Positions 10,273-19,158 of a stretch of DNA of 54,618 nucleotides are shown one piece after another (the first letter of the stretch is position 1; every line of letters starts with the position of its first letter). The stretch comes from Syntrophus aciditrophicus. Lineage in GTDB: Bacteria > Desulfobacterota > Syntrophia > Syntrophales > UBA8958. The position numbers and the translations under genes are program-made. The stretch lies in NCBI GenBank assembly GCA_020718905.1, contig DYRD01000006.1, forward strand, positions 1-54,618, in the 5' to 3' direction. The notes beneath the pieces were generated by a model. The model made no database searches. It was not told the DNA's origin and saw only the letters and a program-made list of their open reading frames with translations.

Positions 10273-12210
10273 TTACTTCACCTCTTCGAAGTCGGCGTCG
10301 ACGACATCGTCGTCCTTTTTGCCTCCGGGCTGAGCGCCCGCTTGGGCACCCGCTCCGGCCCCAGCTCCCGCTCCGGCGCCCGGACCACCGGCCTGCTGCT
10401 CCCCTGCCGTCTTGGCGTACATCGCTTCGGCTAATTTGTGGGAGGCCGTCGTCAGCTCCTCCTGAGCCTTCTTAATGGCCTCAATGTCTTCGCCTTCGAT
10501 GGCCTTTTTGGTCCTCGCCATGGCGTCTTCGATCTTGGCCTTTTCCGCGGCGTCGATCTTGTCGCCGAATTCCTTGATATTCTTTTCCACGCCATAAACG
10601 AAGGCGTCGGCCTGATTTCTCGCCTCGACAAGATCGCGCTTCCGTTTGTCGTCTTCGGCGTGGGCATCGGCATCCTTGACGAGCTTCTGGATCTCTTCCT
10701 CCGACAAACCGCTTGAGGCGGTTATCTTGATGCTCTGCTCCTTGCCCGTACCCAGATCCTTTGCCGACACATGGACGATGCCATTGGCATCAATGTCAAA
10801 GGTCACCTCGACCTGGGGCAATCCCCGGGGCGCCGGGGGAATGCCGACGAGTTCAAATCTTCCCAGGGTACGGTTATCCGCCGCCATGGGACGCTCTCCC
10901 TGAAGAACATGGATACTTACGGCCGGCTGGTTATCCGCCGCCGTCGAAAAGATCTGGCTCTTCCGGGTGGGGATGGTCGTATTTTTCTCGATCAGCTTGG
11001 TCAGGACACCGCCCAGGGTCTCGATCCCCAAAGACAGGGGCGTCACATCGAGGAGGAGGACATCCTTGACATCGCCGGCCAGGACGCCGCCCTGAATGGC
11101 CGCACCGACGGCGACGACTTCATCGGGATTCACACCCTTGCTCGGCTCCTTGCCGAAAATTTCCTTCACTTTCTGCTGCACCCGCGGCATGCGGGTCATG
11201 CCGCCGACGAGGATGACTTCATATACCTCCTGAGAGGACATGTTCGCGTCCTTGAGGGCGGTACGACACGGCGCCTCCAGCTTCCCGATGAGATCCTCGA
11301 CGAGACCCTCAAGCTTCGCCCGGGTGAGTTTGATATTCATGTGTTTCGGACCCGAGGCGTCAGCAGTGACAAAGGGGAGATTGATGTCCGTTTCCATGGC
11401 CGTGGAAAGCTCGATCTTCGCCTTTTCCGCCGCTTCCTTGAGGCGCTGGAGGGCCATCCGGTCCGTCCGGATGTCAATACCCTGGTCTTTCTTGAACTCC
11501 GTCGCCAGAAAGTCAATCAAACGCTGGTCGAAGTCCTCCCCCCCCAGATGGGTGTCGCCGTTGGTTGATTTCACTTCAAATACGCCGTCGCCGATCTCAA
11601 GAATAGAGATATCGAAAGTTCCGCCGCCGAGGTCAAATACTGCAATCTTGCCTTCTTTTTTCTTGTCCAGACCGTAGGCCAGAGCTGCCGCCGTCGGTTC
11701 GTTGATGATTCTGCGGACATTCAGCCCGGCGATCCTGCCGGCATCCTTGGTCGCCTGGCGCTGGGAGTCGTTAAAATAGGCCGGGACGGTGATCACGGCA
11801 TCGGTGATCTTTTCGCCCAAATAATCTTCCGCCGTCTGCTTCATCTTGACGAGAATCATCGAGGATATTTCCGCAGGACTGTAATCCCTGCCCCGCACCG
11901 ATATCTGGCCGTCGCCGTTGGGCGCCTCGGTAATCCGGTAAGAACTAATGCCCTTGTCATACTGGACCTCTTTGGTGCTAAATTTTCTCCCGATCAGCCT
12001 TTTGACGGCATAAACGGTATTTTCCGAGTTCGTAATGGCCTGACGTTTGGCCACCTGCCCAACCAATCTTTCTCCGCCCTCCGTAAAGGCCACCACGGAC
12101 GGAGTCGTCCGGTTTCCTTCCTGGTTGGCGATTACAACCGGGTCACCGCCTTCCATTACCGCCACACAGGAATTAGTAGTTCCCAAATCAATCCCGATAA
12201 TCTTTCCCAT
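10273..12210 (-). CDS. dnaK: Chaperone DnaK
   Basis: [26 protein letters not shown]-terminal VVDADFEEV. Confidence 0.99.
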   Translation of the reverse strand: MGKIIGIDLGTTNSCVAVMEGGDPVVIANQEGNRTTPSVVAFTEGGERLVGQVAKRQAITNSENTVYAVKRLIGRKFSTKEVQYDKGISSYRITEAPNGDGQISVRGRDYSPAEISSMILVKMKQTAEDYLGEKITDAVITVPAYFNDSQRQATKDAGRIAGLNVRRIINEPTAAALAYGLDKKKEGKIAVFDLGGGTFDISILEIGDGVFEVKSTNGDTHLGGEDFDQRLIDFLATEFKKDQGIDIRTDRMALQRLKEAAEKAKIELSTAMETDINLPFVTADASGPKHMNIKLTRAKLEGLVEDLIGKLEAPCRTALKDANMSSQEVYEVILVGGMTRMPRVQQKVKEIFGKEPSKGVNPDEVVAVGAAIQGGVLAGDVKDVLLLDVTPLSLGIETLGGVLTKLIEKNTTIPTRKSQIFSTAADNQPAVSIHVLQGERPMAADNRTLGRFELVGIPPAPRGLPQVEVTFDIDANGIVHVSAKDLGTGKEQSIKITASSGLSEEEIQKLVKDADAHAEDDKRKRDLVEARNQADAFVYGVEKNIKEFGDKIDAAEKAKIEDAMARTKKAIEGEDIEAIKKAQEELTTASHKLAEAMYAKTAGEQQAGGPGAGAGAGAGAGAQAGAQPGGKKDDDVVDADFEEVK

Positions 12211-12212
12211 GG

Positions 12213-12803
12213 TTATCCTCCTCCTTTATTATCGTAATCAGGCCGCTTGCATACCGAAACCTTGGACGGCCTAAGCAGCCTGCCGTTCAAGAGATAGCCC
12301 TTCTCCAATTCATCCACGATCTGATTGGTCTCATGATCCGTGCTGGAAACCTGCATCAGGGCCTCATGATAGTTGGGATCAAAGGCCTTGTTTGCACAGT
12401 CGATGGCCTCCACGCCGTGTTTCTCCAGAGAACAGATCAGTTGCGCCTGCAGCATGGCCAATCCCTCCTTAAAGGCCTCAAAATCACATGAGGTCTCCGC
12501 ATGCTTCAGGGCCCGGCTAATATTATCTACCAAAGGAAGCAAGTCCCTGATAAGTTTCTCATTGCCGTATTTGATGGCCTCTGCCTTTTCTTTTACGGCC
12601 CGTTTCTTATAGTTGTCGAGGTCGGCTACGGCGCGCAGATACCGGCCATAATTTTCCGCTGCTTCCTTGACCTTCTCCTGAAGTTTCAGGTCCGAATCAT
12701 CATGAACTTCCCCGGTCTGCGAGTCCTCGGTCCCCAACCGGTCATTGGCTTCCGCCTCTGCACCGATGCTGTCCTTTGTATCCTTCTTCGTCTTCTTTAC
12801 CAT
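12213..12803 (-). CDS. grpE: Nucleotide exchange factor GrpE
   Basis: [32 protein letters not shown]; directly upstream of dnaK. Confidence 0.97.
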   Translation of the reverse strand: MVKKTKKDTKDSIGAEAEANDRLGTEDSQTGEVHDDSDLKLQEKVKEAAENYGRYLRAVADLDNYKKRAVKEKAEAIKYGNEKLIRDLLPLVDNISRALKHAETSCDFEAFKEGLAMLQAQLICSLEKHGVEAIDCANKAFDPNYHEALMQVSSTDHETNQIVDELEKGYLLNGRLLRPSKVSVCKRPDYDNKGGG

Positions 12804-12833
12804 AAATGATCCAAAACTATTCCGTTCCTGTCG

Positions 12834-13418
12834 TTATTTAATATCCGGTCTCTGAAAGAGCTTGAGATCGATCATCTGACAGAGAACATGCCCCAGGGTA
12901 ATGTGCACTTCCTGAATCCGGGCGGTGCTGTCGGATGCCACATTAAGTGCATAATCGGCGATGCCCGCAATATCGCCGCCATCTTTTCCCGTCAGGGCCA
13001 GGGTGACCAATCCCATCCTCTTTGCCTGTTCCAGCCCTTTGAAGACATTCTGTGATCTCCCGCTGGTGCTTATACCCCAGGCAATATCTCCCGCATGTCC
13101 GAGGGCACGAATCTGCTTGCTGAATATCTCAGAGAAATCATAATCATTGCCGATGCTCGTTATTGTAGAAGTATCCGTGCTTAAAGAAATAGCCGGCAGG
13201 GGCGGCCTCTCGATCATAAACCGGTTGACGAATTCCGCCGCGAGATGCTGGGCATCGGCGGCGCTGCCGCCGTTCCCGAAGATCAGGACCTTGTTGCCCG
13301 CCTTTAAAGCCGCAGTCATGACATTGACAACCCTGACGATCACCGGGAGATTGTCGTTTACAAAGTTTTCCTTGAGATGACTGCTCTCTTTAAAAATCTT
13401 TACGATGAGATCTTCCAT
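12834..13418 (-). CDS. gmhA: D-sedoheptulose 7-phosphate isomerase
   Basis: GNGGSAADAQH, GNDY, ISTSG, RIQEVH. Confidence 0.96.
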   Translation of the reverse strand: MEDLIVKIFKESSHLKENFVNDNLPVIVRVVNVMTAALKAGNKVLIFGNGGSAADAQHLAAEFVNRFMIERPPLPAISLSTDTSTITSIGNDYDFSEIFSKQIRALGHAGDIAWGISTSGRSQNVFKGLEQAKRMGLVTLALTGKDGGDIAGIADYALNVASDSTARIQEVHITLGHVLCQMIDLKLFQRPDIK

Positions 13419-13440
13419 TTTTCCCCCTCAAAACGGCGCT

Positions 13441-13469
13441 AATATATTTATCCCCCCTTCCGGTGTCAA
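13441..13469 (-). promoter_or_regulatory. Putative sigma70 promoter for gmhA-grpE-dnaK
   Basis: Minus strand TTGACA-N17-TATATT. Confidence 0.6.
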
Positions 13470-13561
13470 GGTCAGGAGGAGAATAAAATGGCGGGCGGTC
13501 AGGGTTTGTCCCGAAGAAAAAAGGGGAATCTCTGCTGCGGATTCTAAAGCAGATGCTATCC

Positions 13562-13646
13562 AGGCAGCGAGGAAGAAACGACGCAGGCGTGGCTTGCATA
13601 CGTCGAGGAGCCGCTGACGATGCCAACGCAGATAGTGCTTGCATTT
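13562..13646 (-). repeat. Dispersed ~85-bp intergenic repeat, copy 2
   Basis: Reverse complement resembles 9279..9365; lies just after the nrdD-like stop. Confidence 0.75.
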
Positions 13647-13656
13647 AAAATTCGCA

Positions 13657-15708
13657 TTAGGCGAAGTGTTCCTGGCGGAAACGATCCTGCAGTTCGGCAA
13701 GCTTGCCTTTATTCCAGTCCAACACGCGACTGTAATACTGGGTGATTTTGGCAATACCATCCACATTTACCGATGCACAGTGACCACATAGCGCCTTGAG
13801 CCCGCGGGTGGTCTTGCCGCAATCGAGACAGGTAGTAAAATCGGGAGAAAAGATGAGTTGGCGGCAGGTCGTTTCCCTATAGGCCCAGATAACGAATGCG
13901 GCCAACTCATCGGCAGGAGGCTTATATTCCCCTATCCATAACTGACTGGCAGCCCCGGTCTTAATCAGGGGGTGAAACCGGCCCTCCCTGCTGATCAGGT
14001 CCTGCGGTTTTAAAGGCGCATAAACAGGAATATGAGTTGAATTAGTGTAATAAAGACGTCCGTTGACGATACTTCCCCGTACATGGCGACCCGCCTGGGG
14101 GGGAAAATAGCGAAGATCGAGACGGGCAAAGCGGTGGGATGTCGTTTCGGCGTGGGGCTGATCCAGAACCATGCTGATGCCATGGCGGGCGCTGAGGTCC
14201 GCTGCCTGTTTCTCCATAAATTCTATTATCTTAAGCCCAAAATCAAATGATTCTGAAGATGCCTGCAGGGGCTTTCCCATGTGGATCTGTACCAGCTCAT
14301 TCAACCCCACCATCCCCAGCAGGTAAGATACACGATCCATGCGCAGGTAGGGCAATCCATCCAGATTCATCGCCAATGCCGACAGAGGCCCCTGGTCTCC
14401 ATAAGAAAGCAGTCTCTCCAGAAATGCCCTTTTCTTGTCATGGGCACCGGCTGCCAGGGCCATGATATCCGCGAGGCTTTTAAATAACCGCTCGGTATCC
14501 CCTTCGGCCCGGTATCCGAGACGGGGCAGATTGAGGCTGATGCTCTGGAGAGCGGCATAGCGCCCTTGCCATGGCATTTCCCTTTCATCAGGATCAAAGG
14601 GGATACCGAAGGCACAGAGGGCATCCTCTTCGCTCTTCCTATCCAGGACGAAACAGGGATTGCCCATAGCGGCAGCGGCCTCACAAACATGGCGGAGGAA
14701 GTTCTCGTGACCGGGAGTTTCAAAAAAGCGCGGCGTAAGGTGCACAATAGGCCTGGGAAAGATAAAGGGTTTGCCCGTACCGTCTCCCTTTTTAAAGACA
14801 TCGAAGAGGGCCCAGGCGAAGCGCTGCGCTTCCCCCTCATACTCCCCGCAGGTACGGCCGGTGAGTTTTCCCGCCGGACCGGTCATTGGCAGCCCCCGCA
14901 GCGGCTGGGGGACCTCCCAGAAGACGTGAATATCGGTAAACATGGCCTGCCCGCCCCGGGCCGCCGTTAATTGAGAAAACTCATAGACGAGCATCTGGGC
15001 CAATTGTCGTACTTCCCGGTCTGACATGCCCTCAAGGTAAGGGGCAAAAGACAGGTTCACAAAATTCCAACTGATGATCCCGGCAAAATATCCCTGGAGG
15101 ATGGCGCCGAAACGAACCATGTGGGCCAGCAGCACCTCCGCATGTTTGGCCGGCTTGGCAACGGTCAGGGAGCGGGGAAGATTCAGGCCGTATCTTTTCA
15201 GATACTCCAGGGATTGACAGATGGCCAAAGGTCGATCGATGTACCCCAGTCCATGGATATGGAAATCCCCCAGGATATGGGCGTCGCTTATTTCCTGGGA
15301 AAAGATGCTGTGGAGGGCATACTCCCGCTTGATCCCCTGGGCCAGCACCAGATTTGTCCCTTCGGGGCCATGGGGAACGTTGGCGTCTTCTTTATTCTGG
15401 TGGAGAATGAGGCGATCGACATCATACAGGGAAAAACCGAGGCGGGCATGCATACGCCTGGCCTTCTCCAAACCCCGCTCCACAAGCTTTGCATCTACCA
15501 GTTCCCGGACCAGGGATGTTGTCAGCACGGAAATCCCGGAAGCAAACAGGCCTTTTTCCACATCCTTGCTGATCGCCGCCGCCGTTTCGAGGTCGATACC
15601 CGTTTCACGGATCAGCGTATCCACAATCCGCTGCCGGTTCCACTGCACAACCTCCTCCCCGGAGGTCCGGACAAACAGTGTGATATCCGTTGTTTCCAGT
15701 GGGATCAT
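13657..15708 (-). CDS. nrdD: Anaerobic (class III) ribonucleoside-triphosphate reductase homolog lacking the glycyl-radical Gly
   Basis: N-terminal ATP cone, AHILGDFHIH, KPAKH, RGGQ, FIFPRP, LNLPR, YYTNSTH, CLDC..CGHC, WNKGK..E..DR; the radical motif reads KITQY instead of RxxGY. Confidence 0.9.
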   Translation of the reverse strand: MIPLETTDITLFVRTSGEEVVQWNRQRIVDTLIRETGIDLETAAAISKDVEKGLFASGISVLTTSLVRELVDAKLVERGLEKARRMHARLGFSLYDVDRLILHQNKEDANVPHGPEGTNLVLAQGIKREYALHSIFSQEISDAHILGDFHIHGLGYIDRPLAICQSLEYLKRYGLNLPRSLTVAKPAKHAEVLLAHMVRFGAILQGYFAGIISWNFVNLSFAPYLEGMSDREVRQLAQMLVYEFSQLTAARGGQAMFTDIHVFWEVPQPLRGLPMTGPAGKLTGRTCGEYEGEAQRFAWALFDVFKKGDGTGKPFIFPRPIVHLTPRFFETPGHENFLRHVCEAAAAMGNPCFVLDRKSEEDALCAFGIPFDPDEREMPWQGRYAALQSISLNLPRLGYRAEGDTERLFKSLADIMALAAGAHDKKRAFLERLLSYGDQGPLSALAMNLDGLPYLRMDRVSYLLGMVGLNELVQIHMGKPLQASSESFDFGLKIIEFMEKQAADLSARHGISMVLDQPHAETTSHRFARLDLRYFPPQAGRHVRGSIVNGRLYYTNSTHIPVYAPLKPQDLISREGRFHPLIKTGAASQLWIGEYKPPADELAAFVIWAYRETTCRQLIFSPDFTTCLDCGKTTRGLKALCGHCASVNVDGIAKITQYYSRVLDWNKGKLAELQDRFRQEHFA

Positions 15709-15786
15709 CCTTAATAACCTTTCCTCTGAAAATGCATATGCATATCTCCCTTTATCACCCTTTTGTCAAAGGGAGAATGGTGCCGG

Positions 15787-17202
15787 TTAAATATTCGTTC
15801 TCGATGTCGTCCGAGGATTATCAAGAACACTTTCCGCCGCCATGGTAACCTCGGCATCATGGTCATGGGTCATCGTAAAGACCCGGAAATGAACTATCCG
15901 GGCCGGAATAAATCGATAGATTTCCCGCAGGGGTTCCTGGGAGGTACGGCCCACAGCGGGATTAAAGATATTGACCTGCTTCTCCGTCTGCGCCATGGGA
16001 TTGATCGGCCGCGGGTCCTGGGTCGCCAGGTCAACCCGGAGGGCCAGACTCTTGAGGGATCTTGGCAGACAGCTTCTGATCTGCCTTTCGTAATCCCCGG
16101 CCTCGGAAAAACGGGTGCCCTTCTGAACCCCTTCAAGGGATATCTCCGTGGAAAAAGACATCTTCCACTTCACCTGCCGGCTGTACAGCCGCTGCCACTC
16201 CTTGCCGAGCCTTTTCCTGACCGGATCTTCAGTATGCGGCCATTGCCGGACTTCATCGAACAACCGCCATTCATCCAATTGGCCATAGGCATCCAGGTCC
16301 TCCAGGGGATTCCGTGGGAAAATGATATCCATCGTATCCCGGAAGATCTCCTGGAGATGGAGGTCCAGGGCCCGGGTGGTCCGATGGAAATAGACATTGG
16401 CATAAAGAGTCAGGCGGGCATTCAGGAAGCGGCGCAAAGCGGAAATTCCCGCCTCATGGAGGGTCAGGCAGGCATCGGTAAAAAATGAATAATACCGTAT
16501 TCTCGCAATGTCAACCATATCGAGGGATATCCCCGACATTAAAGCGTCCCGCTGCACATAGTCGAGATTGTCCACCGTGTAGATCCCGGAAAATAGTTGC
16601 CGGAGCAAGGGAAGCCACGGGGGGACCCCTTCCGCAGTATCTCCAGGCATCTTGATGAGATAGGCCACCTGGAGGGGGTCCAACAGCTCACCCTCCGTAA
16701 ACGGTCCCGAGGGGCTTCTCTTGATTTTCCTGATGATTCTGCCCAGCTTGCCGACAATGATCTGCCGCCCCAAATCCTCGTGGGTGGTTCCGTATTGATC
16801 CAGAAAATGATCGTCGAAAAAATGCCCATAGGGGCCATGGCCGACATCATGGAGCAGCCCGGCGACGCGCAGCAACTCCTCAATATATCTTGCCGAGGGA
16901 ACATCACCGCAAATTTCGCGCAGACTGGGATAAAGGGATTGGGCAAACTCTCCGGCGACATGCATGGTCCCCAGGGAATGCTGAAACCGGGTATGCTCCG
17001 CCGCCGGATAGACCCAGCGGGCGCTCTGCAACTGGTATATCCGCCGCAACCGCTGCAGCCAGGGTGAATCGATAAGATCCTTCTCCGTTTTTTCCGTCGT
17101 ATCGCCCCCGTCGGGGACGGTAAAACAGGCATACTGATGGATCGGATCGGCAATCAGCGCCTTGCCCTTGTAAATACGGGGATATGTGGTCTCGTAGCCC
17201 AT
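15787..17202 (-). CDS. HD-domain phosphohydrolase, SAMHD1/dNTP triphosphohydrolase-like
   Basis: DPIH, LQRLRRIYQL, HTRFQHSLG, LLHDVGHGPYGH, HE, VDNLDYVQRD, VYFH. Confidence 0.88.
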   Translation of the reverse strand: MGYETTYPRIYKGKALIADPIHQYACFTVPDGGDTTEKTEKDLIDSPWLQRLRRIYQLQSARWVYPAAEHTRFQHSLGTMHVAGEFAQSLYPSLREICGDVPSARYIEELLRVAGLLHDVGHGPYGHFFDDHFLDQYGTTHEDLGRQIIVGKLGRIIRKIKRSPSGPFTEGELLDPLQVAYLIKMPGDTAEGVPPWLPLLRQLFSGIYTVDNLDYVQRDALMSGISLDMVDIARIRYYSFFTDACLTLHEAGISALRRFLNARLTLYANVYFHRTTRALDLHLQEIFRDTMDIIFPRNPLEDLDAYGQLDEWRLFDEVRQWPHTEDPVRKRLGKEWQRLYSRQVKWKMSFSTEISLEGVQKGTRFSEAGDYERQIRSCLPRSLKSLALRVDLATQDPRPINPMAQTEKQVNIFNPAVGRTSQEPLREIYRFIPARIVHFRVFTMTHDHDAEVTMAAESVLDNPRTTSRTNI

Positions 17203-17259
17203 AACGTAGCTTCTATAATATTTGAGTAGAAATATCAACTTAAAAGGACCGCTTTGTCC

Positions 17260-17288
17260 TTGACATGACCCGGTCCTTTCTCTATAAA
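17260..17288 (+). promoter_or_regulatory. Putative sigma70 promoter
   Basis: TTGACA-N17-TATAAA upstream of ATG 17324. Confidence 0.55.
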
Positions 17289-17323
17289 ATTCGCGAAATC
17301 ATTAAACGCGCGGGATAGAGGTC

Positions 17324-18024
17324 ATGGGCGCGGGCAACGTCGTCTTTCCGGAAGTGATCGAGTGGTTTGATGAATCGGGCAAACAAATGGTGCAGCGGAT
17401 TCCCCAAGAGGGCTCCGGAGAAATCAAAAGGGGGGCGCAACCGACCGTCCGGGAAAGCCAGGCGGCGGGGTTTTCAATATCCGCATCCTCCCACCGGTCC
17501 TGCTCATCACCACCCTCGTCGGCACCCGGGAAGGATCGGGAGCGAGGCTCCCTTATCTACCCTTCTGGCGCATGAAGATCCGTTGCGAGGGAATGCCCCT
17601 GACCTCCCTCGCCGAGTTGGTCCGCATCGCCAACCTTCCCAAACCCACTACTCCGGCCATGGAAGAGCAACAGGTCTGCTTCTGGGCCCCGGCCTTCAAG
17701 ATCAACCCGGCCCTCTTGCTCAGCTGGGCGCGGCAAACCACTATTTACCAGCCCGAGGATGATTTCCTGGAAACGCTTCCGGTGCCACCGGTTTACCCGG
17801 CAACCCTGCCCACACAGGAAGCAGTGGAAAGCGTCGCCCCTACCCCGGGAGGAATCGTCACGGATAAACGGATGTTCTTCAAAAATCTCCGTCGGATGCA
17901 AATCAATATTGAAGACTCGCACCTGGTCTACCAACCTTTTGTCGAGCAAGGCCCGGAATTGATTCACGAAAAAATGAGGATCGTCTTGGACAGGAACGCC
18001 CTGACCTTGGGCGCTTTCATGTAA
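17324..18024 (+). pseudogene. Deletion chimera: SPFH-domain gene N-terminus joined to the C-terminus of a hypothetical gene
   Basis: First ~50 aa (EVIEWFDESG..RIPQEGSGEIK.GAQ.TVRESQAA) resemble SPFH/Band7 N-termini, then the frame breaks; a different frame carries YLPFWR..ANLP..PAFK to 18024. Confidence 0.55.
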
Positions 18025-18043
18025 AACAACATCGGGAGGCCCC

Positions 18044-18838
18044 ATGAGCAAGATCATCGCCTTATGCAATCAGAAGGGCGGCGTCGGGAAAACGACGTGT
18101 ACCCTGAATATCGCCGCGGGAATGGAAAAAATCGGGAAGAAGGTCCTGCTCATCGACCTCGACCCCCAGGCGCATCTCACTTACTGCCTGGGGATACAGG
18201 CCCATGAACTCGCCCAGACCATCTATGACGTCTTCAAGGGCAACCGCGGGATCGAGGAGGTCGTCCTCCCGATCGATGGCATCGCGGTGATGCCTTCCTC
18301 CCTCGATCTCGCGGGGCTGGAAATGGAACTGGCCGGGGTTCCGGGCCGGGAATTTCTCCTGCGGGAGGCCCTGGCCAAAACGGAGGGTTATGATTTTATC
18401 ATCATGGATTGCCCGCCGTCCCTCGGCATCCTGACCCTCAACGCCCTCACCGCCGCCCAGGAGATTTATATCCCCTTGCAGACCGAATTCTTAGCCCTCA
18501 AGGGGATGAGCAAGCTCATCGACACGATCGCAACAGTCAAGAAACGCCTCAACAAGGATCTCGAGATTACGGGGATCATCGGCACCCGTTACGACGCCCG
18601 GAGGAAACTCAACAAGGGCATCATCGAAACCATCAGCGAGCGCTTCGGCGACAAGCTTTTTCAGACGATCATCAGGGAAAATATCAGTCTCGCCGAGGCC
18701 CCTGGCTACGGCCAGACGATCTTCGCCTACGCCCCGAGAAGCTACGGCGCCGAGGATTACCTCGCCCTGGCCAAGGAAATTGCGGCCCGGGAACAGCCGC
18801 CGCCTCCCGCCGCCGCAGGGAAACGCCGGAAGGCATAG
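18044..18838 (+). CDS. ParA/Soj family ATPase
   Basis: NQKGGVGKTT, IDLDPQ, DCPPSLG, IRENISLAEAP. Confidence 0.95.
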   Translation: MSKIIALCNQKGGVGKTTCTLNIAAGMEKIGKKVLLIDLDPQAHLTYCLGIQAHELAQTIYDVFKGNRGIEEVVLPIDGIAVMPSSLDLAGLEMELAGVPGREFLLREALAKTEGYDFIIMDCPPSLGILTLNALTAAQEIYIPLQTEFLALKGMSKLIDTIATVKKRLNKDLEITGIIGTRYDARRKLNKGIIETISERFGDKLFQTIIRENISLAEAPGYGQTIFAYAPRSYGAEDYLALAKEIAAREQPPPPAAAGKRRKA

Positions 18839-18851
18839 AAAGGGGCCGTCT

Positions 18852-19157
18852 ATGTTGATCTTCACTAATAAAGGATTTCTGTCCATCATTCAGGACTTCC
18901 GCGACCCCGACATCCTGATTGTCCGCGCCCGTTTCCCCGATCATATTGAGAACCTCTTTCCCGACGCCAAGATTACCAAGACAACCAGCCGGGATTATTT
19001 GTACCGGACGCTGCTTCCCCGCCAGGAAGTGGTGGAAACGCTAAAAAAATATACGGAGGAACTGGATTATACGAACTTCAAGGATGCCGTCGAGGAACCG
19101 CTCTACCAGCGGGCCTGTTCCGAGGTATGGGGGATTATGCGCCGGTATCAGAAATAG
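18852..19157 (+). CDS. Conserved hypothetical protein (101 aa)
   Basis: MLIFTNKGFLSI..VRAR..DYLYR..LDYTNFKDAV..VW looks like a real conserved family; purine-rich RBS before ATG 18852. Confidence 0.75.
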   Translation: MLIFTNKGFLSIIQDFRDPDILIVRARFPDHIENLFPDAKITKTTSRDYLYRTLLPRQEVVETLKKYTEELDYTNFKDAVEEPLYQRACSEVWGIMRRYQK

Positions 19158-19158
19158 A

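Noticed and set aside
10325-10390. GC-rich tandem repeat
   Set aside because: Encodes the ordinary Gly/Ala-rich disordered tail of DnaK.
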